From Dehalococcoidia bacterium (GTDB lineage: Bacteria > Chloroflexota > Dehalococcoidia > Lucifugimonadales > UBA1127): a stretch of 64,000 nucleotides of DNA. The translations under genes and the position numbers were made by a program. Below the pieces are notes generated by a model, which saw only the letters and a program-made list of their open reading frames with translations, did not search any database and was not told the DNA's origin. Below, piece by piece: positions 1 to 9,428 of the stretch. Position 1 is the first letter of the stretch. Every line of letters starts with the position of its first letter. Location of the stretch: positions 1,885,657-1,949,656 of the forward strand of contig OZ240224.1 of the NCBI GenBank assembly GCA_965197715.1. The letters are read 5' to 3'.

Positions 1-391
1 TGCGACCTCCGCCCTGCCGCCAGATGTCCGCCATCCAGCGGTTCCAGGCCCGGCAGACCGGCACGTCTACGTGCGGCTGGTCCGTGACCTGCCGCATAAA
101 CATCGTGCTGTGGAGGACCTGCACGTCAATCCCCGCGCTATCCAGGAGCTGGATCCGCGCGCCGACGTCAGTCAGCTCCGCCTGCTCCCACGCGCTGCCC
201 GGCGCTCGTGCTGGAACGGGCCACACGAACCCCTGGCTGCCGCCCACGCTGTTGAAGATTGCCCATGCGTGCGGCGTGGGATTCGCATCCGGGAGCTCGA
301 CCAACTGGGGGCGGTACCGATTGTCGGGCGGCTCCATGAAGTCCCACGTGCGCTCGTTCTCCACGACGGAGGCGTCGGCATCGATGATCAC
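1..391 (-). CDS. amidohydrolase-2 family protein, C-terminal part cut by window edge (N-terminal ~130 aa visible)
   Basis: Own translation of the minus strand from GTG at 389-391 (AAGAGG 8 nt upstream): VIIDADASVVENERTWDFMEPPDNRYRPQLVELP...IDVQVLHSTMFM...CRAWNRWMADIW. Collinear with the other amidohydrolase paralogs. Absent from the ORF track because no stop lies inside the window. Confidence 0.6.
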   Translation of the reverse strand, partial: MIIDADASVVENERTWDFMEPPDNRYRPQLVELPDANPTPHAWAIFNSVGGSQGFVWPVPARAPGSAWEQAELTDVGARIQLLDSAGIDVQVLHSTMFMRQVTDQPHVDVPVCRAWNRWMADIWRQGGGR

Positions 392-492
392 TGCACAAAC
401 CTCTTTGCTAGCTCTCGCTCTTGCAGGCTACAAACCGAGGGGCGTCAACCTTAGCCCCACCGCCGCTCGTGCGTCTCCCGTCCGTTCCGGCG

Positions 493-1569
493 CTATATCC
501 CGTACAGCGCCCGGGGATTGTCTTCGAGTATCTTCTGGACGGCGCGCGGCGATAGCCCGGAGGTCTCCCGCAGGATGGAGAGCGCGTCGATCTCGCTGGA
601 GGCGTCCGTGTGACCGTAGTCGGTGCCGATCATCAGCACGTCCTCGCCCACATACTTGACGATCATTGGCAGGTCCTCGTTCGTCATGCAGCTTACGTAG
701 GTGCGGAACGCCGAGAAACCCTCCGCAGGCCACTGCTGGCCACGGGCCTCGTATCGCTGCTGCGCCTCGTTGACGACCCAGGGCAGCCACTGCGCGCCGG
801 CCTCGACGATGCCCCACCGCAGCGTGGGGAACCGGGCGGGAAGCTCGCTCAACATCAGCTGGAGGCAGAACACCACCGGCGGTGCGTTGAACTGCGGCAG
901 CGTGCCCACTGGGTCGGGCGTGTCGTACAGGTCGCTGAAGTGCGCGTTGCCGTTGCCGGTGTGCAGGACGATGGGCAGGTCGAGCCGCTGCGCCTCTTCG
1001 TAGATCGGGTAGAAATAGGGGTCGACCAGTGTCCGCTCCAGCTCGATGGCGCGCAGGCTGACCCCCACGGTGCCGTGCTCCTTGCCGAAGCGTATCTCTT
1101 CCAGCGCAGCGGGGATGTCGACCACGGGGGGCACGCAGGTCCAGCGTAGCCGCCCCTTGCCCTGCTCCCAGATATCGGCGAGCCACCTATTGTAGCCGCG
1201 GCAGATGGCCGCCTCCCCCTCGAGACGGAAGGTGACGCGGTGGATGAAGAAGCTGTTGTGCAGGACCTCCACGTCGATGCCCAGCTCGTCCATGTGCCCA
1301 AGCCTGCTCTGCACGTCCCGCAGCTCGCGCGCCTCCTGCCGGGTGACCACGTTGCGCCCCAGCTCGTCGGAGATCTCGCCAAGCTCGCTCTCGGACTTCG
1401 TCGCGTTGTTGACCCGGAAGCGGACCTTGCCGTCGACGAACCACACGAAGGGGCGGGGTTCCGCCTTGGGCAGGGCGACCAGCTGCGGTCGGTACTTCCA
1501 GTCCGCCGGATCGACAAACTCCCAGGTGCGCTCGGTCTCCACCACGTGGGCGTCTGCATCTATGATCAT
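493..1569 (-). CDS. amidohydrolase-2 family (TIM-barrel metal-dependent hydrolase/decarboxylase) protein
   Basis: ORF 493..1749 trimmed to the internal ATG at 1569 (MIIDADAHVVETERTWEF...). C-terminal GTDYGHTD...NPRALYGI signature is shared with the paralogs. The upstream part of the long ORF is Arg-rich junk. Confidence 0.8.
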   Translation of the reverse strand: MIIDADAHVVETERTWEFVDPADWKYRPQLVALPKAEPRPFVWFVDGKVRFRVNNATKSESELGEISDELGRNVVTRQEARELRDVQSRLGHMDELGIDVEVLHNSFFIHRVTFRLEGEAAICRGYNRWLADIWEQGKGRLRWTCVPPVVDIPAALEEIRFGKEHGTVGVSLRAIELERTLVDPYFYPIYEEAQRLDLPIVLHTGNGNAHFSDLYDTPDPVGTLPQFNAPPVVFCLQLMLSELPARFPTLRWGIVEAGAQWLPWVVNEAQQRYEARGQQWPAEGFSAFRTYVSCMTNEDLPMIVKYVGEDVLMIGTDYGHTDASSEIDALSILRETSGLSPRAVQKILEDNPRALYGI

Positions 1570-1772
1570 GGTCCGCACTCCCCTTCTTCCCACGACTCTT
1601 CGTGACTGGCCGTGGACTCTGGATGCTCGCGGTCGAGCGTAACCAAACTCGGAGGTACACACCGCTGCCCAGAGGCGACCGGAGGATGGCCGTGTCCTTC
1701 GCCGGGCCGCAATGCGTTGTCCACGGTTATAGCACCGCGCTTGGGGCATGTCAAACCCCTAGCCCACGGCGC

Positions 1773-2483
1773 TCAGAACCCCAGACCGCGCTCCTTGAGG
1801 CTGACGTGGCCCCGTTGCGCCAGGACGATATGGTCCAGCAGCTCGATGTCCAGGAGCCGGCCCGCTTCCACCATCTGTCCCGTCACCCGTGCGTCCTCGT
1901 CGCTGGGTGTGGGGTCCCCCGACGGGTGGTTGTGCACCACGATGATCGAAGGACAGTTCTCACGAACGGCATGCTTGAACACCTCTCCGACCCGGACCAG
2001 GGCGCTGCTCACGTTGCCCCGGTACACCTCCTCGATGCCCACCACCTGGTTGCGCGTGTTGAGCAAAAGGACGCGCAGACTCTCCTGGTCCAGCAGCGAC
2101 ATCTCCGCGCTGAGCATGTTGGAGACGTCGTTGGGGTTGGCAATGGTCCGCCGATCCTCTGTGCCCAGGCCGCCCAGCCGCTTGCCAATCTCAAGCGCCG
2201 CCAATACCTGGGCCACCTTCGCCTCTCCCATGCCCCGGTTCCGGGCCAGCTCCTGGAAGCCCACTCGCGCCAGCCCGCCCAGCCCGTTGTGGGCCGAGAG
2301 CAGCCGCGTTGCCATGCTCACCACGTTCTCGGCACTTGTCCCCGTTCCCAGGAGGATCGCCAGCAGCTCCGCGTTGCTGAGGAATTGGGGCCCGTGGTCC
2401 CGGAGCCGCTCCCGGGGTCGCTCACCCTGAGGCATGTCACGGATACGAGGCTGATAGGGGACCGGGCGCCGTTGCTCCGTCAT
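1773..2483 (-). CDS. radC: RadC-family JAMM-motif protein (UPF0758)
   Basis: PQGERPRERL...LSNAELLAILLGTG (HhH part) and HNHPSGDPTPSDED (JAMM motif). Start set at ATG 2483, which has AGGAGG 8 nt upstream; ATG 2504 has no SD. Confidence 0.85.
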   Translation of the reverse strand: MTEQRRPVPYQPRIRDMPQGERPRERLRDHGPQFLSNAELLAILLGTGTSAENVVSMATRLLSAHNGLGGLARVGFQELARNRGMGEAKVAQVLAALEIGKRLGGLGTEDRRTIANPNDVSNMLSAEMSLLDQESLRVLLLNTRNQVVGIEEVYRGNVSSALVRVGEVFKHAVRENCPSIIVVHNHPSGDPTPSDEDARVTGQMVEAGRLLDIELLDHIVLAQRGHVSLKERGLGF

Positions 2484-2663
2484 GGGGAGGCCTCCTGGGT
2501 CCATGGTGCGCTGCGAAGATAGGCGGCTGGAGTCAGACCATTGACCCCCATTCGGGCGGCGGCCTTGTGACCGGAGCGAGGCAGACCTACAATGGGGCCG
2601 GTAGGCCTTGGTTCAAGGCAGGGAGGCTGACCCAGGGGGGACAGCTGAGGGAGTGGATGTGCC

Positions 2664-2891
2664 GTGGCTACTACAAAGAAGACAAGATGGATGGGGCGCA
2701 AGGAAGATGGTCTGATTGAGGAGGTGCTGGCCGCCAGTGCTGCCCTGACTGCTCTTGGCGTCCTGATCGCCCTTCTCTACTGGCTGATAATAGGTCTTTC
2801 TCCGTGGCCCTTCTTGGTGCTGGGTGAGATCGGCGGGTTTGGCTTTGGTATAGCAGTTCTGGCAGCCACATCACCCAAGCGCCACCGCTGA
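2664..2891 (+). CDS. hypothetical small membrane protein (2 predicted TM helices)
   Basis: 75-aa ORF with GTG start and two hydrophobic stretches, in an otherwise empty gap. No recognisable family. Confidence 0.25.
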   Translation: MATTKKTRWMGRKEDGLIEEVLAASAALTALGVLIALLYWLIIGLSPWPFLVLGEIGGFGFGIAVLAATSPKRHR

Positions 2892-2943
2892 ACCCCAAAG
2901 CGCCTCGCTAGACCCTTCCGTTCTTCTCCCGGGCCCCGGACGC

Positions 2944-3240
2944 TTACGTGGAGGCCGGCGCCGGACGATCTTCGGCCTCTTCCTCGCCCGCTTCCGCCGC
3001 CTCGCCCTCTGCCGCCGCCGCAGCCTCTTCTTGGCACGACTGGCACACGAAGGCGTCTCCCTGTTCCATGGCTATGCCCACCGGGACGTTGCGCTTCCGC
3101 TTGCACACTGAGCACACGGCCGTGGCCATGGGGGTATCGCCAGTTCGGCTCGGCTCCTGATCGTACCCGCGGAAGCCCGTGTAGTCGGGGTTGGCACGCC
3201 TCGCGGCGAGGATGCGCTCGCGGTCCTTGCGTCGGCTCAA
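2944..3240 (-). CDS. hypothetical Zn-ribbon protein with acidic Ala/Glu-rich tail
   Basis: TTG start with GGGAGGGAAGAG upstream. Two CxxC pairs (CSVCKRK...CQSCQ) and a C-terminal EEAAAAAEGEAAEAGEEEAED tail. Sits directly downstream of rplL. Confidence 0.5.
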   Translation of the reverse strand: MSRRKDRERILAARRANPDYTGFRGYDQEPSRTGDTPMATAVCSVCKRKRNVPVGIAMEQGDAFVCQSCQEEAAAAAEGEAAEAGEEEAEDRPAPAST

Positions 3241-3326
3241 GATACACCGCTCTTCCCTCCCGGTGCGCCTATACGCGCGTTCGCCTCACATGGCGTCGTA
3301 AGGGCGCACCGGGGGCTTGAGAGTCT

Positions 3327-3719
3327 CTACTCGACAGCCGCCTTGGCTCCGGCGGACTCCAGCTTCTCCTTGATGGACTGGGCCTCTTCCTTGGTGATGC
3401 CCTCCTGGATGGCCTTGGGGGCCGCCTCCACCAGGTCCTTGGCCTCCTTCAGGCCCAGGCTGGTGACCTCTCGGACAGCCTTGATGACATTCACCTTGTT
3501 GGCGCCGAAGTCCTGGAGGATGACGTTGAACTCCGTCTGCTCCTCTTCCGGTTCGGCGGCTTGCGCACTGGCAGCCGGCATCGCCGCGACTGATGCCACC
3601 GCGACGGGCGCGGCAGCGGAAACGCCAAACTTATCTTCAAGCTCCTTGACCAGCCACGCCAGGTCCAGAGCAGGAAGCTGCAGAATCTCCTCTACCAGCT
3701 CTTCCTTTGTGATTGCCAT
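3327..3719 (-). CDS. rplL: 50S ribosomal protein L7/L12
   Basis: 130 aa. Ala-rich hinge and C-terminal ...[11 protein letters not shown]...[21 protein letters not shown]. Confidence 0.95.
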   Translation of the reverse strand: MAITKEELVEEILQLPALDLAWLVKELEDKFGVSAAAPVAVASVAAMPAASAQAAEPEEEQTEFNVILQDFGANKVNVIKAVREVTSLGLKEAKDLVEAAPKAIQEGITKEEAQSIKEKLESAGAKAAVE

Positions 3720-3790
3720 CGCGAGTCCTCCTTTGATCTTTCTTGTTGCCAGTGAATCCGTTCGGCGGTCCCCAGCTTGCGCCAGGGCCG

Positions 3791-4354
3791 CTAAGCGTCT
3801 GCTTCCTCCATTTGTTCGAGGCGACGCTGCATTACCGTAACCAACCTCTGACTGGGGCTGCTCAGCACCGTGACAACCCGCTGCGCCGGTGCGTTGAGCC
3901 CAGAGACCAGCCGGGTCATGAGCCCCGCCAACTGTCCCATGAACTGCGCGGCCAACACGGGGCGAGGAGGCAGGTCAGCCAGGGTTGTCACTCCGTTGGG
4001 GCCCAGGACCTCACGGTCGATGACGACGCCGTGAACGGCCAGTGGGAGGCGGGAAGCACGGAGGTACTCGTTGAGTGCCTGCGCGGCCTCCACAGGGTCA
4101 GCGTATCCCAGCACCAGGCCGGTGGCCCCCTGCAACAGCTCCTTGATCTGCGGACGGCCGATCTCCTCCGCCGCAATGGCTGTCACCGTGTTCTTGACGA
4201 CGCGGTACTCGATCCCCTTCTCCCGGAGGGCCCGGCGCAGGCGCGTCATGGCCTCGCCGTTCAATCCGGTGAAGCTGGTGCCGATGACCACGGAGCTCCT
4301 GGAGAGGAGGTCCTTCAGCTGCGCAACAGCTTCCACATTCTTCTGAGATGGCAT
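3791..4354 (-). CDS. rplJ: 50S ribosomal protein L10
   Basis: 187 aa, immediately upstream of rplL in canonical order. L10-like N-terminus [13 protein letters not shown]. Confidence 0.93.
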   Translation of the reverse strand: MPSQKNVEAVAQLKDLLSRSSVVIGTSFTGLNGEAMTRLRRALREKGIEYRVVKNTVTAIAAEEIGRPQIKELLQGATGLVLGYADPVEAAQALNEYLRASRLPLAVHGVVIDREVLGPNGVTTLADLPPRPVLAAQFMGQLAGLMTRLVSGLNAPAQRVVTVLSSPSQRLVTVMQRRLEQMEEADA

Positions 4355-4594
4355 CTACTGCTCCCTTCAGCCGGGGACGGATTCCGGGATCCGATCTCCA
4401 AAACAAAGGCCCTGGCCGCAGACCAGGGCATCGACGCATTGCTGCATTCGACAAATGCCTCGGTGGGCGTCAGTACATTACGGCCCAAGGCCACCCACTG
4501 TCTGCGGCGTGCTTTCTATTCTACTCGACGGAGCGCTTGCTGGGAAGCCGCCCCGCTGAATCGCATGTGGCTGTGTTGCTCCCTCACCACAGAG
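4355..4594 (-). promoter_or_regulatory. long structured rplJ 5' leader (candidate L10-leader autoregulatory element)
   Basis: 240-nt non-coding gap between rplA and rplJ with several GC hairpins (e.g. GTGGGTGGCC...GGCCGT...CGCCCAC). The position matches the known L10 leader. Not checked against a covariance model. Confidence 0.35.
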
Positions 4595-5329
4595 CTACTG
4601 GACGCGCATCGCCTGGGCCTGCGCGAGGTCCAGCTTGGCGCTCGGCCCCATGGACGTGGACAGGTGGATGGCCTTGTATAGCTGGCCCTTCACCCCGTCG
4701 GGGCGGGCCTTGGTCACGGTGTCCAAGACCAGGGCCAGATTGTCCCTCAGGTCGCTCGTTGCAAAGCTGACCTTGCCTATTGGGCAGTGGATATTCGCCG
4801 TGCGGTCCATTCGAAGCTCCACGCGGCCCCCCTTCGCCTCCCGGACTGCGCGGGGCACGTCCTGCGGCTGCACAACAGTCCCCGTGCGTGGGTTCGGCAT
4901 GAGGCCTCGGCGCCCCAGGACCCGGCCCAACCTGCCAATCTTGCCCATCATGTCCTGCGTTGCAACGGCCACGTCGAACTCCACCCAGCCGTCCTTTTCG
5001 ATCCGCTGGATGGTCTCGTCATCGCCAATGTAGTCTGCCCCGGCCTCTCTCGCCGCAGCCGCAACGGGCCCCTGCACAAAGGCCAACACACGCTGGGGCT
5101 TTCCCGTGCCGTGTGGAAGCAGGGCGATGGTGCGGATGAGTTGGTCGGCGTGGCGCGGGTCCGCATTGGTGCGGATATGCACCTCCACCGTCTCGTCGAA
5201 GTTCGCCTGAGAGGCCTCCTGCAAGAGCTGGAGGGCCTCCTCGGGCGCGTACCCCATGGTGGAGTCGAACCGCTGGGCAGCGGCCCGGTAGCGCTTCCCG
5301 CCTTTTGTAACGGTTGTGCCAGTGGTCAC
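4595..5329 (-). CDS. rplA: 50S ribosomal protein L1
   Basis: ORF 4595..5557 trimmed to GTG 5329, one nt after the rplK stop. VTTGTTVTKGGKRYRAAAQRFD... matches the L1 N-terminus (KRxxA...). The longer ORF overlaps rplK out of frame. Confidence 0.9.
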   Translation of the reverse strand: MTTGTTVTKGGKRYRAAAQRFDSTMGYAPEEALQLLQEASQANFDETVEVHIRTNADPRHADQLIRTIALLPHGTGKPQRVLAFVQGPVAAAAREAGADYIGDDETIQRIEKDGWVEFDVAVATQDMMGKIGRLGRVLGRRGLMPNPRTGTVVQPQDVPRAVREAKGGRVELRMDRTANIHCPIGKVSFATSDLRDNLALVLDTVTKARPDGVKGQLYKAIHLSTSMGPSAKLDLAQAQAMRVQ

Positions 5330-5330
5330 C

Positions 5331-5759
5331 TTACCCTTCCTCCACAATGATGCCCATGCTCCTGGCCGTGCCTTCCACGATCCGCTGGGCCGTCTCCAGG
5401 CTGGAAGCGTTGAGGTCCGGCATCTTGGTCTGGGCGATTTCCCGCACCTGGCTCCGTGACACGGAGCCGAGGTTTTGCCGTGCGGCTTCACCGCTGCCCT
5501 TCTCCAGCCTTGCCGCCTTCTTGAGCAGCTCTGAGGCTGGCGGCGTGCGAGTGACAAATGTGAAGGACCGGTCCTCGAAGATGGTGATGACCACGGGGAC
5601 CACGGTCCCTTGCTGAGACGCCGTCTTGGAGTTGTACTCCTTGACGAAGCCCATGATGTTGACCCCGTGCTGGCCCAGGGCCGGTCCCACCGGCGGGGCG
5701 GGCGTCGCCTCGCCGGCGGGGATTTGAAGCTTCACAAGAGCTCGAACCTTCTTTGCCAT
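5331..5759 (-). CDS. rplK: 50S ribosomal protein L11
   Basis: [43 protein letters not shown] is a textbook L11 N-terminus. Start at ATG 5759. Confidence 0.95.
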   Translation of the reverse strand: MAKKVRALVKLQIPAGEATPAPPVGPALGQHGVNIMGFVKEYNSKTASQQGTVVPVVITIFEDRSFTFVTRTPPASELLKKAARLEKGSGEAARQNLGSVSRSQVREIAQTKMPDLNASSLETAQRIVEGTARSMGIIVEEG

Positions 5760-5820
5760 TGGCTTTCTTTCTACTGGCGGTGTTCTGCGGCGCTTCCTTC
5801 GCTGGAGTCCCCGATGCCGC

Positions 5821-6447
5821 CTAGCTGATGCGCTCCACCTGGAGGAAGTCCATCTCCACCGGCGTCTCGCGGCCCAGCATGGAGATGAGGACCCGGACCT
5901 TGCCCTTATCCGCGTAGATCTCGTCCACGGTCCCGATGAACTCCTTGAACGGTCCATCCACAATCTTGACGTTCTGGCCGATGGTAAAGCCCACCTTGGC
6001 CCTGGGCTGCGCCGCCTCCATCCGCCGGAATATCGTGGCCACCTCTTGTTCCGTCAGCGGAATCGGCTTGGAGCGCTGCTGGTGCTCCTCGTCCGCGGAG
6101 ATGAATCCCGTAACCCCCGGCGTGTTGCGGACCACGTACCAGCTCTGGTCGTCCATGACCATCCGGACCAGGACGTAGCCGGGGTACATGCGCTCTCGCT
6201 TCGGAGTGCGCCGCCCTTCCTTGATCTCTACTACCTCTTCCGTGGGCACCACCACCTCGAAGATCTTGTCGCGCACGTCCATGGTCGCGATGCGCTGCTC
6301 CAGGTTCTTCTTGACCCGGTCCTCCATTGTGGAGTAGCAGTGCATAATGTACCAGGAACCCTCCTGGGAGCCGATGGCAATCCGCTGCTCCTGTGCGTCA
6401 GCAGCCTTCAGTGGCTGCTCCGCCTGCTGTACCCGTTGCTGCGTCAA
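5821..6447 (-). CDS. nusG: transcription termination/antitermination factor NusG
   Basis: TTG start with GAGGAG 7 nt upstream. [19 protein letters not shown] (NGN domain) and [21 protein letters not shown] (KOW domain). Confidence 0.9.
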   Translation of the reverse strand: MTQQRVQQAEQPLKAADAQEQRIAIGSQEGSWYIMHCYSTMEDRVKKNLEQRIATMDVRDKIFEVVVPTEEVVEIKEGRRTPKRERMYPGYVLVRMVMDDQSWYVVRNTPGVTGFISADEEHQQRSKPIPLTEQEVATIFRRMEAAQPRAKVGFTIGQNVKIVDGPFKEFIGTVDEIYADKGKVRVLISMLGRETPVEMDFLQVERIS

Positions 6448-6475
6448 TGGTTACTCCTCTACCGCCCGGCATCCG

Positions 6476-6721
6476 TCAGCCGCCAAGGAAGGACCGCCCC
6501 AGTATGTTGAAGACAAAGTCGATGATCCCCAACGCCAGGGCGATGACTCCCGCCAGGGCGATGACGATGCCGGTCAGACGGATAGCCTCGCGGCGCGTGG
6601 GCCACTCTGCGCGGCGGAGCTCCATCCAGACCTCCACGAAAAACTGTATCGGGCCCAGCCGGCGGATTCCCGTCGCTCGCTGGTCTCGAAGTATGGATCC
6701 GCGGGGGGTGGAACGTGCCAC
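6476..6721 (-). CDS. secE: preprotein translocase subunit SecE
   Basis: IQFFVEVWMELRRAEWPTRREAIRLTGIVIALAGVIALALGIIDF is the conserved SecE core plus TM helix. Start placed at GTG 6721, just after the rpmG stop; the exact start is uncertain. Confidence 0.65.
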   Translation of the reverse strand: MARSTPRGSILRDQRATGIRRLGPIQFFVEVWMELRRAEWPTRREAIRLTGIVIALAGVIALALGIIDFVFNILGRSFLGG

Positions 6722-6726
6722 GCGCT

Positions 6727-6891
6727 CTACCGTACCTCTCTGTGCATCTTGTGCGTCCGGCAGCGGGGACAGTACCTGTTCCGCTCCAGCCGCTGGGGAT
6801 CGTTTCGCCGGTTCTTGCTGATGTTGTAGGTCCGCTCCCGGCACTCAGAGCACTGGAGCGAGACTAGCACGCGGTCACCCTTCTTTGCCAT
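6727..6891 (-). CDS. rpmG: 50S ribosomal protein L33
   Basis: Own translation (under 60 aa, so not in the ORF track): MAKKGDRVLVSLQCSECRERTYNISKNRRNDPQRLERNRYCPRCRTHKMHREVR, with CxxC...CxxC Zn-ribbon L33. Confidence 0.9.
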   Translation of the reverse strand: MAKKGDRVLVSLQCSECRERTYNISKNRRNDPQRLERNRYCPRCRTHKMHREVR

Positions 6892-6906
6892 GACTCCTCG
6901 CTTCTC

Positions 6907-8109
<1,203 letters not shown>

Positions 8110-8151
8110 TGCAACGACTCCTTCTTGATGCTATTTCTCTTGCATGCTCGC

Positions 8152-8226
8152 TGGAGCCCACAGCCGGAATCGAACCGGCGACCCCGTTCTTACCAAGAAC
8201 GTGCTCTACCTCTGAGCTATGTGGGC
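8152..8226 (-). tRNA. tRNA-Thr (anticodon GGU), CCA encoded
   Basis: Hand-folded cloverleaf: GCCCACA/TGTGGGC acceptor, anticodon arm CGTTC-TTGGTAA-GAACG, T arm GCCGG-TTCGATT-CCGGC. Directly upstream of tuf, as thrT-tufB in E. coli. Confidence 0.9.
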
Positions 8227-8250
8227 AGGGTTGGCTATAGCGACGGAATC

Positions 8251-8279
8251 AGTATAGCATTGGGAATCCCTTCTCTCAA
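8251..8279 (-). promoter_or_regulatory. sigma70-like promoter for tRNA-Thr(GGU)-tuf operon
   Basis: On the minus strand: TTGAGA (8274-8279), 17-nt spacer, TATACT (8251-8256). About 25 nt upstream of the tRNA 5' end. Confidence 0.45.
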
Positions 8280-8711
8280 CTTACCGCGCTCGCTCACTGC
8301 ACATGAGATAGGGCAGACCCATAGGCGCCTGCGCCGGCAGCTACGCTCCTAGCCCTTCCAGGGAATCGCCGGACAAGCTCTTGTGCCGAGGCGTCATGGT
8401 GTGGGTTGGTAGGAAACCCGCCAAGCGCGGCCGCACCACCCTGTACTGCCAAAACAAGCGCATCATTGTTACCGACGGGCGCACTGAGCCCGGTCCTAGT
8501 CTCCCGCCCAGACGGCATGGCGTTCCGGGGCTCGATCTGTGTGGCCCGTGAGGGAGGGGACACTCGTGGGGACTATCTTCCCGACGGCGTGGGCCTCTAT
8601 GACTCAGGCGAAGCTGTCGCACCACCTAGCGGGACGGGGTCATCCCGACCGTGCCTTGCCACCCAGCACGGTAGCCTTGTTGTACCCGCGTGTGGGTGTG
8701 CGCACTCCGTG

Positions 8712-8795
8712 TGGAGGGGGTAGGATTCGAACCTACGTAGCCCGTCGGGCGCCAGATTTACAGTCTGGTGCGTTTGGCCGCTCCGCCACCCCTCC
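8712..8795 (-). tRNA. tRNA-Tyr (anticodon GUA), long variable arm, no encoded CCA
   Basis: GGAGGGG/CCCCTCC acceptor, CCAGA-CTGTAAA-TCTGG anticodon arm, GTAGG-TTCGAAT-CCTAC T arm. Closely parallels E. coli tyrT architecture. Confidence 0.9.
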
Positions 8796-8889
8796 GAGGG
8801 GGTCAAGTGTAGCATAGGTCCCCTGGGCCGCCAACCCTGAGCCCAAGGGCCCTTCCTATGCCCGCGGCGCTGTTGGAGTCTGCTGCACA

Positions 8890-8962
8890 GCCCGAGAGGG
8901 GATTCGAACCCGCTAACCTGCCGATTACAAGTCGGCTGCGCTGCCATTGCGCCACTCGGGCA
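8890..8962 (-). tRNA. tRNA-Thr (anticodon UGU)
   Basis: GCCCGAG/CTCGGGC acceptor, GCCGA-CTTGTAA-TCGGC anticodon arm, TTCGAAT T loop. The T stem (GCGGG/CCCCT) has one C-C mismatch and one G-T pair in my hand fold, hence the lower confidence. Confidence 0.7.
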
Positions 8963-9114
8963 TGGGCCCCATGCATACGAAACCCGCCCCAACGGGCCCT
9001 TGGAGCGGGCCAAATCCGTAGAGACTTCGCCTTATACGGTATCTGCAGGCGGGGCTGCCGTCAAGGAATGACACGTTCGGCTGTCAGGCCAACTGGCCCG
9101 GCCAACGCCCGCGC

Positions 9115-9411
9115 CTACCCCCGTTGCTTGGTGCGCAGGGCGATCAAGAATAAGACCACGCCGACACCGAACACAATGCTCGCTGAGGCTCCCCACATGT
9201 CGCCGCCGCGAAGGGCCGAGACCAGAAAGAGTGGGGCGCAGATGAGGAAAAGGACCCATCCGAGGAGATGAAGACGCTCTTCCACGGGGTCTCCCTGGAG
9301 CGATTCCCAACAGTTCGGGATGACGGCGGTGTGACCGCGCCCCTGGTGGGGGCCGGAGACGCGGAGGGCGCCGGCCATGGGTGGGCTCTTCTCGCTCTGC
9401 GGTCCATTCAC
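9115..9411 (-). CDS. hypothetical small membrane protein
   Basis: 98-aa ORF 17 nt downstream of the Rieske oxygenase gene. The C-terminal half has two hydrophobic helices (LLGWVLFLICAPLFLVSAL, IVFGVGVVLFLIAL). Start uncertain (GTG 9411 or ATG 9378). Confidence 0.3.
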   Translation of the reverse strand: MNGPQSEKSPPMAGALRVSGPHQGRGHTAVIPNCWESLQGDPVEERLHLLGWVLFLICAPLFLVSALRGGDMWGASASIVFGVGVVLFLIALRTKQRG

Positions 9412-9428
9412 TGGGAGATCGGAAGCGC

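Noticed and set aside
3260-3312. Intrinsic terminator after rplL
   Set aside because: The 10-bp inverted repeat is real. However, the loop is 33 nt and there is no U tract, so I did not list it as a terminator feature. It is mentioned only in the rplL-downstream finding.
8280-8711. RNase P RNA, tmRNA, SRP RNA, cobalamin riboswitch or an intron-containing tRNA-Gly in the tRNA-cluster gap
   Set aside because: I looked on both strands for the diagnostic motifs:
- GAGGAAAGTCC and ACAGAA-CCGGCTTA (RNase P)
- tRNA-like ends with TTCGA T loop (tmRNA or tRNA halves)
- GGAA-tetraloop domain IV (SRP RNA)
- B12 box (cobalamin riboswitch)

Only weak partial resemblances turned up, so I make no call. The region is kept as an open finding.
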